A stretch of 63,666 nucleotides of DNA, the filler included, from Basidiobolus meristosporus CBS 931.73 (Eukaryota; Fungi; Basidiobolomycota): the NCBI GenBank assembly GCA_002104905.1. It is 5 parts of 5 records of this genome, joined end to end, with 100 filler letters (N's around TTAATTAATTAA, not from the genome) between each part and the next. Parts side by side here need not be neighbours in the genome. Positions count along the whole stretch, not along the records: positions 1 to 11,984 come from MCFE01001261.1; 4 more parts are not named here. One strand, given 5' to 3'. How positions within the stretch are numbered: the first letter of the stretch is position 1; each line of letters opens with the position of its first letter. The translations under genes were made by a program, and so were the position numbers. Shown one piece after another: positions 1 through 8,820 of this stretch. The notes under the pieces are model-generated. The model did not search any database. It was not told the origin of the DNA and saw only the letters and a list, made by a program, of their open reading frames with translations.

Positions 1-2522
1 AGCTTGGGTTTTTCTGACTGCAGAATAAATTCAGCAAACTTCTTGACTTCAGGATCTCCAAGTATAGTTCTCCAGCAGGAGCCAGGTGTTGTGTGGTGTG
101 TTCTCTTCCAGGCCTTAATCAGTGGGTTGTTGCAGTTGTGAAGTCTGAGGTATAATCTGGTTCTAAGGTAGAGAAGTCTGATCTTATAGGGCATAAACCC
201 AAAAGCACCAAGAATAGCATGTCTGTAGGGGCATTCAGGCAAATGAGGCACCAAGGAGGTAATGCACCATACTGCAAACTTGTCAAGCTTAGTGCAGTCT
301 CTAGAAGTAAGAGAGAGAAGTGGTAAGCCAAATTCCAGGACAGGGAAGACAAACTGCTTGAGTAGAAGGAGGCAGCTGGGAGCTGAAGTTGTAGGAGGAG
401 TAACAGCCAGTAGCTTGTGGAGTGCCTGTCTTGCCAGGATAATTCTCTTCTTCAGGTGTGCTCCAGAGTCTAGTCCAGTAGGAAGGAAAGGAAAGCCAAG
501 ATATGTAGCAGAAACCTGAGCAGGTAGAGTGGAGTTCTCCAAGTTGATGGGAGAGCCCAAAGGTACTGTCTTTGCAATGGAAAGCTGGAGATTATTCTTC
601 TGCAGATACTGGTGGATGGTCTGGGAGTCTTGTTGCACATTGGAGGAGGATATTCTGATGTCATCAGCAAAGAGAGTAACCAGGCAGTCAGCTGAGAGTC
701 TTGGGAAATCATTCAGGAAGATGGCAAACAGTATAGGACCAAGCACAGAGCCTTGAACCACTCCATTAGGAACTGAGAACACAGCTGATTGCTCACTTGG
801 GTGCAGAATTCTTGCTTGTGGATCCAGAAACAGAGACCTGACAAGGAGGGTGAGAGAGGTACTGGAGAAGCATTGCAACTTGGACCAAAGCAGATTTCTG
901 TCAACTGAATCAAAGGCCTTAGTAATATCAAACAGAACAGAGGGATACTTGCACTGGAGAGAGTGATCTTGGCTAAGTATGACTGCATATTCCAAGGAGA
1001 GGCCAGGAACAAAGCCAAACTGTGCAGGATGAAACTTGAGGGAGTCAGAGTAGAGCTCCTGAGCAAGCAGAAGCTCAAACACCTTTCTGCAGGTGGGCAG
1101 CAGAGATATTGGCCTGTAGGAGCTAGGATCCAGGTGCTTTCCTTTACCCTTGTACAGTGGCAGAACATTTGCAAAGGACCATTCCTCAGGAGTAGAAAGC
1201 TGGGCTGAGCATTGCTGAAACAGTGGAAGCAGAAGTGCAGACATGGCCTTGGTACTAGTCTTCAGAAGCTCATAGGAGATTGTGTCCACACCTGGAGCAG
1301 TAGAGTTGGGAAGCCTCTTGAGCACATTATGGATTCTCCTTTGATCAAGTGCAAGTGGGATGGGCAGAGTCTTGAAGTCAGGATGAAAGCCAGGAGTTGA
1401 GTACTGCTTTGTAGAGAAGAAGATGTTAGCCAGCTGTTCTGTTGAAGGTAACTTCCTGGAAGAGGGCCTCATTGCCCTGTAGAGTCTTGATACTGTTCTT
1501 GTTATAGAGTTGGAAGATTGCAGAGGCAAAGAACTCATAATATGATCCCAGAGCTGAGTATGCAGAGTGTGGTGAATTGCCTTGGAGTGGTGTATTGCTG
1601 TCAGGAGGAGTTTCTCTGTTTTTGGGTTAGGGAAACTCAGGTAGCTTTGTTGCAGGGCTGAAACAATGGATTCCCATTTTCTTGAGGTAACAGCAGTAGT
1701 CTTGCATGGCAGTGAGAGGGAGGCAGACACCAGAATCAGATGCTTCACAAAGAGCCAGGCATAGTTGAGATCATCTGGCAGAGAAAGTAGCAAACTGGCA
1801 AGCTTCAAGTAGTTCCCAAAGTCTTTCTTCTGATTCTTGGTAGCTTTGTGGGTGAGCACAGTAAGTTTTGGCAGCTTCTTCTTCACAACTGGTTGCATAG
1901 AAAGGGACCAGGCTGGGTGGTCAGAGGCTCTCAAGGATCCTAGCTCAGCTCCAGAGAATTGCTTAACTTCATTCACAAAGTAGAGGGCAGCAGCAGAAGG
2001 GCAGATCCAGTCAACACATCTTTTCTCAGATTGAGCACCTAGTGCTAGCAGATGGCTTTCTCTCAGGAAGTTCAGTAGGAATGTAGACCTTGGCTTCATT
2101 CTTGCAGTCAGAGTAGTCTTGTTCTCAGGATGGGGAATGTTGAGATCTCCAAGCAAGATAACAGGTGTTGATATAGATTGCTGGTATTGCTGAACTTTCT
2201 GGCATATAACTTGCACTTCCTGAAGGGCAAGACTTGGAGGCAGATAGCAGAGCACCAGACTGATAGTTGGCAACTGGAGAGCAGCACAGTAAGGGGAGTA
2301 AAGAGGAACACAGAGCTGAGGAGTATTGATGGTAGAAGAGATGAAGCAGATAGAGGAGGTATTCTTTGTTCTAGGAGTAGAAAAGCAATATAGATTAGTC
2401 AAAAGTATAGAGGGTAGCTGGACATCAATCAAACACAGGAGGGAAAATCTTGAAAGAAGTCTCTCTAGAGTTGGTCTTGATGGCTGTATGCTGTTGCAGT
2501 TAAGCAACAGAACTTCAGGTAG
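1..2522 (-). CDS. ORF2 of LINE A1: APE endonuclease + reverse transcriptase, no start codon, open to window edge
   Basis: Manual translation: LPEVLLLNCNSI...LIDVQ...CYLPP...GDLNIPHP...RCVDW...SDHP, then RT motifs matching copy A2 (YRPISLLP, FDITKAFDSV, GVVQGSVLGP, FADD). Absent from the ORF track, probably because it has no stop inside the window. Confidence 0.88.
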
Positions 2523-4031
2523 TCAGGCAGAGGTTGTAGCTTCTTCAGAGGCAGCATTGACAATGTGACCTGCAGAGTCCCAGAGCTCTTCAAATGGTGC
2601 ATCACTTAAGTCAGCAAGGAGGGAAATGGCATGGTTCTTGAGGAAGTATGCCACATCATAGGAGGGGGCTTGTCTCTTGATGGCAGCAAAGAAAGACAGA
2701 ATGGCAACATGGGCTGGAGGCTTGTTGAACAGTAGAGAGTCAGAGGATTCAGATTCTTCAGGCACTATCTTGAAGTCAGTTTTCAGCCAGTTAAGGTTCT
2801 TCTCCACAAAGGCAACAAATGGGTCAGCAATGTTTTGGTCTAGGATAACCTCCAGAATCTTCCCTTTTCTCCAGGCCAGGTTGACAATTCTTGAGAGCTG
2901 AATATTGCATGCCTTGAGTGCTTTCCTGATGTTGGAAATGGGAGTCCAGGGAACTTGCTTCAAGTACACCACAGTCCAGGTAGAAGCTGGTGGTAGGTTT
3001 GCTGGGGGCTTGTAAGTCCTTCTGTGTTGCAATGGAGCTGCAGTAGTCAGATTGGAGTCCACATTCTCAGTAGAGGGTTTTCTTGATGTGTCTTGCTGAA
3101 TGGTACTGGAGCTGGATGTGCTGATAATTCTTGCTAGAACCTTGCCTGCATAAGTCTGAGGTATAGCTGAGGTGACTGTAGAGGTGGTGGCAGCTGGTGC
3201 AGGTGGAGAGGCAGAAACTGAAGCAGGAACTGAGGTCACCTGGGAGAAGGCAGTAGAAGCAGGTTTTCTGGGAGGAACAGAGTTCACTATCCAGTTGTTC
3301 TGTAAAACACTGGAGTAGCTTTTCTGTGGAACAGGATCTTGCTCTTGAACAGGAACAGAAGCAGGAGGCTGGGGCTGAGCAGTAGTGGTAAGGCAGTGGC
3401 ACTCCAAGGAAGCTTTTTGCAAGGCATCTCTGGCAGTTTTCAGGGCAGTATTGGCTTCATTCTTGAGCTTCTTGCATTGGGCATCCAGTCTCTTGTTTTC
3501 AATAGCCAGGGCAGTATTGGCAGCCTCTAAATCAGCAATTCTCTTCTCAATTGCAAGGAATCTCTGAAGAAATGCATCAGTAGAAGTGCTGGCATCTGGG
3601 AGAGCAGTGGCAGGAATAGAGTCCATTGACAGTGGGCTTCTTGGAGGCAAGGAAAGTGGACTGGCAGATTCAGGCACAAAAGGAGATATCCTGGCAGGAG
3701 GAGAAGGAGTATCCAAGGCAGTAACAGAGGCAATTCTTGTTGGTGAAGCAGCAGCAGGGGAGGCAAGCCTGTTCAGAAACTGGGCAGGAGAGAGTGCTTG
3801 AGGAGAGGGAGTCTTCAGCTTGCCAAGCATGTCTTCCATCAGAGTGATACCAATATTCCTGGTGCATTTGCAGAGAAAAGTAAGCTTCCTGAGTCTGCCA
3901 GCTCTTCCATTCCTTCTGATAGTTCCTTTGTTTCCACAGTTGGGGCAAGAAATCTTCTTGACAGACTTGTCAAAGCAATCAAGAACCTTCCTTTCAGGTG
4001 TAGTGGGCTCCTGTTGAGGTTTTGGTGGCAT
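2523..4031 (-). CDS. ORF1 (gag-like) of LINE A1: N-terminal CxxC zinc ribbon, coiled coil, C-terminal conserved domain
   Basis: 511-aa track ORF, first ATG at 4031 (MPPKP). Contains CPNCG...FLCKC, heptad region LAIEKRIADLEAANTAL, and a C-terminal domain homologous to ORF1 of family B. Confidence 0.85.
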   Translation of the reverse strand: MPPKPQQEPTTPERKVLDCFDKSVKKISCPNCGNKGTIRRNGRAGRLRKLTFLCKCTRNIGITLMEDMLGKLKTPSPQALSPAQFLNRLASPAAASPTRIASVTALDTPSPPARISPFVPESASPLSLPPRSPLSMDSIPATALPDASTSTDAFLQRFLAIEKRIADLEAANTALAIENKRLDAQCKKLKNEANTALKTARDALQKASLECHCLTTTAQPQPPASVPVQEQDPVPQKSYSSVLQNNWIVNSVPPRKPASTAFSQVTSVPASVSASPPAPAATTSTVTSAIPQTYAGKVLARIISTSSSSTIQQDTSRKPSTENVDSNLTTAAPLQHRRTYKPPANLPPASTWTVVYLKQVPWTPISNIRKALKACNIQLSRIVNLAWRKGKILEVILDQNIADPFVAFVEKNLNWLKTDFKIVPEESESSDSLLFNKPPAHVAILSFFAAIKRQAPSYDVAYFLKNHAISLLADLSDAPFEELWDSAGHIVNAASEEATTSA

Positions 4032-4100
4032 ATCCAGAGTTTCAGCTTCAAATTTCAATTTTTGAGATTTTTGGGTGATTTTTGATGGGCGGGATCAAAA

Positions 4101-4114
4101 TTAGGGTTAGGGTT
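4101..4114 (+). repeat. Interstitial telomeric repeat (TTAGGG)2TT at element junction
   Basis: ttagggttagggtt read directly at 4101-4114, abutting the 5' end of A1. Confidence 0.9.
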
Positions 4115-4311
4115 GCGCGCTGTGACTGCTTTTACGATCGCAAGGTCAGACCTAGGAAATAAATAGTAGTGATTAATGATGATGATGAGTCAGATCATCA
4201 AAAATCAATGTGATAATTAAAGGTTAGGGGAGGGAAAGTCACCAAGTTGGTGAAATCTTTATTTGAGTTAAGAACTAATCTAAGTACAAATAAAGAAGCC
4301 AATTAAGAGGT

Positions 4312-7162
4312 CTAGAACCTCTCTAATAAGTAATCTAATTTATGTTTTGTTTCATCTCTAATGTTTGTTTCAATAAAGTAAAGCTCATCAGGGGTAAATA
4401 TAAAATTCAGGGGTTTTGGGGGAAGTACAAATTGTAGATGTTTCTGATCAATATAATCCAAGACTGGAACCCAGCCTGGGATTAGGTGTAGTAGGAAAGG
4501 TGTGTGGACTTGTAAGTAGCTCTGCCACATAGATCTTAGATGGTCCTGAGCCAGTAGTCTTGGTTTCTCAGCTTTTTGAAGTTTTGAAGCAAGCTCTGTT
4601 ACTACAGCAGAGCCAACCAGGGTGTGCCAGCAAGAAGATTTCAGGGAGGAGTTAGATTGAAGCCATTGTTTGATGGAGGGGTTATGTGATTTCTGAAGTT
4701 TGACTAGGAAGGAAGCACGGAGATAGATCATTCGGATTTGGTATGGGTAGAACCCAAAGGCTCCATTAGTTGCATGGATATAGGGAGATACTGGAAGATA
4801 AGGTACCAAGGATCTGATACACTGATGGAGAAATTTATCCAGGCGGTGAAGTTCTCTGGAGGTTAGGGGTATAATGTGGAGACCAAATTCAAGTACTGGC
4901 AGCACATACTGCTTCAGAAGTATAGGGATCTTTTGAATTGGAGTGTCTGGAGTGACTACTACCAGAAGCTTTTTGAGAGCCTGTTGGGCAAGACGGATCC
5001 TATTATTCAGGTGGAGCTTTGAGTCAATCCCATGTTGACAAAATGGCAGACCTAGATATATTGCAGTTTGTTGTGGCAGAATGCTAGTGTTCTGTATAGT
5101 TGTAGTGCATCCAATTGGGACTGTCTTGGAAATTGAGAGTGAGAGGTTGTTGGCAGCCAAGTACTTCTCAATGATGGCAGTGTCTGCTATGGGATTAGGA
5201 GTAGCAATCTTGATATCATCCGCATAGAGAGTTAGTAGTGGATAGGGAGAGTCTGGTGAGGGGCCTTTTGGAAATAAAGGAAAGTCATGTAGGAATATCA
5301 CAAATAGTAAGGGACCTAGTACAGATCCTTGGACTACTCCATTTGGAACCTCATAAGTCTCTGATGTACAACTTGGATGCAAAATTTTGGCTGAGTTCTC
5401 ACAAAATAGAGAACGTACAAGAAGGGTCATTGGTAGTGTGGTAACTGCTAATAGCTTTCTCCAAAGCAGAGCTCTGTCCACAGAGTCAAAGGCTTTAGTA
5501 ATGTCAAACAGAATGGTTGGCAATGAGAATTGAAGTGAATGATCATGGCTTAGCACTACAGCCATATCCAAGGAGAGTTTGGGCAAGAAGCCAAACTGAG
5601 AAGGATGGAATGGATATAGTTGAGATTGCAAGGATCTTGCTATTATAAGCTCAAAGATTTTCCGGCAGGTTGGTAGGAGTGAAACTGGCCGGTAAGAACC
5701 TGGGAGTGAGTGTTTCCCCTTCCCTTTGTATAAGGGTATTACATTTGCCTGTGACCAGGCCTTTGGGGTAGTCAATTGTTGGGCACAGATAGAGTAGAAT
5801 GGGAGAAGTAAGTGACTCATTTTGGAGTAGCACACCCGGAGTAGATCGTAGGTAATCAAGTCATGTCCAGGTGCAGTATTTGCAGGAAGCTTCTTTAAAA
5901 TTTTCTCCAGAAGCTTTGCTGAAACCACAAATTGGAGATGTTGGACTGCTAGATATGTTACCAGTATGGTAGAAAGGAGGAGTGGGATGCACGGTTGAAT
6001 CAAAGAATATAGGGGCCAGTTTGTCTGGTGATGGTATACTCCTTGCTTGGGGTCTCATGGCTTTGTATACTCTTGATATGGACCTTGTGGTGGCATTCAT
6101 ATTTACTAAGGGCAAGGTATCCATGATATGAGCCCATAATCTAGTATGCTCAGTGATCTGTAGTGACTTGGAGTAGGAGATTGCGCTTTCCAGGAGGTTC
6201 TGTGTTTTTGGGTTAGGGAAACATAGGTAGCTGGAATTTAAGGCAGAAATGATGGATTTCCATTTAAGTTGGTTTGCAGATGGCTTTTGGTAGGACTTGG
6301 TGGGCAGGGCCAGACAGCCAGTGATTATGATGAAATGCTGGTAAAATAGCCATAATGCATTTATATCATCACAAATCCATGCAGGTAAGCTGGGAAATGC
6401 ATATTCTGTAAGCAAGGATAGGTAGTTGGCAAAGTCCTGTGTCTGTGATACTGAAGCTTTGGCTGGCAGGATTGTAAATGGCTGAAGAAGGGTGCCAATT
6501 GGTAGGGTTTTTCTGGCAGAAATGATAATATGTATTGGCTTGTGATCAGATTTCTCTAGTGAACCACAGCTGATATCCTCTGGAATGCTTGTAACCTGGT
6601 GGATGTACTGTAAGGCAGCTGGAGTAGCTGTTACCCAGTCAACACAACGTTGAGCTTGCTGAGTGTTTACAGTGACCAGATGGTTTTGTCGGAGGAACTT
6701 TGTAAAGTGCTCCTCTCGGGTTCTAAGTCTGGATGAAATAGTGGTGATATTTTCAGGGTGGGGAATATTTATATCTCCCACTACCATACAAGGGATTGAT
6801 GAGCTGTTAATGAATTCTGATGTGGCCAAGAAAATTGCCAGTGTTATGGAGTTAGACAGAGATGGAGGGAGATAGATAATAATGGCTACTATAGTTGGAA
6901 GTGTTAGAGCATAGCAGTAATACTCATAGATGATGGATACATTTGCTGAGGGTGCAAGCTTAGAAGATGAAAGAGCAACAAGTGCCATTGAGTGAGCTGG
7001 AAATTTTGGGTGAGCAGATGAATATGCATTCAGTCTAGAGGGAAGTTTTGGCAACTTAACATCAATTAGTAGGAGCAAGGAATATTCCTTTTTCAGTAAG
7101 TTTTCTAATTCAGCTACAGTTGGAGTGATGGAGTTGCAATTGAGTAAGAGTATGTTCTGTAG
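4312..7162 (-). pseudogene. ORF2 of LINE B: APE + RT, one frameshift near 5900-5960
   Basis: LQNILLLNCNSI...LIDVK...IYLPP...GDINIPHP...RCVDW...SDHK (7162-5861 frame) and RT motifs YRPVSLLP, FDITKAFDSV, GVVQGSVLGP, YADD (6003-4312 frame). The frameshift may be a lesion or a sequencing error. Confidence 0.85.
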
Positions 7163-8798
7163 TCAGGCAGACTCTGAGGTTGCCTGTTCCTGCTGAAACT
7201 CTTGCACTGCCCTTTGTAAATTTCCAGAATTATTCCACAACTCTTCAAATGGAGCTTGCGTAATGTCTTTCAGGATTCTAATTGCTTCCTCTTTCAAGAA
7301 GTAGGCCACATCATAGGTTGGAGCCTGTTTCTTAATGGCAGCAAAGAAAGCCATAATTGCCATGTGAGCTGGGGGCTTGTTGAATATTCCTGGCTCAGTG
7401 TCCATTGACTCTGGTGGAATGATTGTGAATTTGGTAGGCACCCAGTTTAGATTTTTTGCCAGATACTTAGTCAATGCAGTGGAGAAGTTTCTGTCTACAA
7501 TCATTTCTAGGATCTTTCCTCTTCTCCAAGCTAGGTTAACAATTTTTGAAGTGTCAATATTTAGAGAGCGGAATGTATGTCTGATGTTTGATATAGTAGT
7601 CCATGGAACATTGGCAAAGTATAGCAAGGACCAATTCTGGAGCTGAGGTAAGTTTGCTGGAGGCTTATAGGTAGACTTCCTGGCAGGTTGTGTGGTAGGC
7701 TTTAGTGTTTCCAAGGTAGCAAGTTGTGGTTGAGACTTTTTGGAATTACGTATGACTTTGGAAAGAATTCTGCCAGCAACTGTGTCAGGAATGTTAGTAC
7801 TCATTGATGGTGCAGGGCCTGGCTCCTGGTACTGCTTTTGTAGAATACTTGAGTATGTCTCTTTTTGTTTTCCTTTATCCAATGTGCTATGCCTTGGAAT
7901 GGGATTTTGGGGAATAGAGACTTCAGGTATCAACTCTGGGGTCTGGTGATTGTCCAACATTGTTGCTTGAGCTTCCAGCTTTTCCTCTAAGATTTGAACT
8001 CTCTGCTTAAGCTCATCATTTGACGCTATAAGTGTTGCATTGTTTGGAGCCAGGTCAGGTGTTGAGTTATGAAGGCAGGTTGAGCAGCGTTCTAACTCCT
8101 TTGTTTGGTCATCCAACTTTTCTTCTAAGGTTTGAACCCTCAATTTGAGTGCACCATTTGAGGTTAGAAGCTCCAAGTTATCAGCCTGCAACTTCTTTAG
8201 ATCCCTAAATATCTCAAATATCTGTGCCTGCAAGTCTTTAGCAGTGATATTTCTGATGGGTACTATTTCCTCTAGGAGTTCTTCTTGAGCCAGGTGAGCA
8301 TTGGGACTTGAGCACTCTACTGAAGGAGTTGCTGGAATTTCCTCAATGTCTGACAAAACTTCTTCACTTGCAGCATCAGTTGTATGATTATCCTGAGTAG
8401 CAGCAACAACCTCAAGTTCACAAGGACCAGTTGAAGTAAAACATTCTTGGGTGGGACTATCTCAAGAGGCTTGGGTGGGACTTTTGCTTTGAATGGTGAG
8501 GTACTAGGATCAAGAATTGGGACTGGGACAGAAGCTATGGTGTCTATTTCAGCAGCAGTTGCTGTAGAGCTACTGGGGCTCTGACTGGCTGGTTTTTTGG
8601 TCTTTGCCTTCACTCCTGCTACCAACTGGTCAAGACCACAAATCTTTGATTAACCTTATTCTTGCCAGCACGGCCATTGAGCTTCCATTTGCCTCTGATA
8701 CCACAGGCAGTGCAGTCAAGTTTTGAATACCATCTTCTGAAGAGAGTCAGATCCTCTTTTTCCTCACTGGTAAGAATCACCTTACTTTGTGGAGGCAT
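7163..8798 (-). pseudogene. ORF1 of LINE B, two frameshifts in the 5' part
   Basis: ATG at 8798 (MPPQSK...CTACGIRGKWKLNGRAG), continuing in track ORFs 8317-8625 and 7163-8356. The C-terminal domain is clearly homologous to A1 ORF1 (YKPPANLP, VNLAWRxGKILE, FNKPPAH, APxYDVAYFLK). Confidence 0.8.
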
Positions 8799-8820
8799 AT
8801 TTCCAATTTCCTAACAAAAT

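Larger units (their letters stand above)
1..4100 (-). mobile_element. Non-LTR retrotransposon family A, copy A1 (5' end intact, 3' end runs off window)
   Basis: ORF1 (2523-4031) followed by an open APE-endonuclease + RT frame (2522 to <1). Short 5' UTR starting TTTTG directly after (CCCTAA)2. About 99% identical to 8821-10885 over the shared region. Confidence 0.93.
4224..8820 (-). mobile_element. Non-LTR retrotransposon family B, apparently full length, with frameshifts
   Basis: ORF1 8798-7163, ORF2 7162-4312. 3' terminus TTAGGGGAGGGAAAGTCACC aligns with the family A terminus. 5' end ATTTTG abuts TTAGGG at 8821. Confidence 0.9.

Noticed and set aside
1624-1632. GGGTTAGGG inside LINE ORF2 (also near 6211 and 10753)
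   Set aside because: It encodes the conserved FPNPK peptide on the minus strand and is not a junction.
2523-2525. Selenocysteine decoding of the ORF1/ORF2 UGA
   Set aside because: The position is an inter-domain linker rather than a redox site, and I could not identify a SECIS in the ~60-nt 3' UTR. Ordinary readthrough is simpler, though not excluded without tRNA-Sec data.
3855-3960. Bacterial IS1 element or contamination suggested by the zinc ribbon
   Set aside because: The motif is embedded in LINE ORF1 in both families, with no IS transposase or terminal inverted repeats.
5890-5960. Possible programmed frameshift between APE and RT of LINE B (A AAT TTT heptamer)
   Set aside because: A -1 slip there meets TAA at once and the RT is in the +1 frame. 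Family A is continuous at this point, so it is a lesion or sequencing error.
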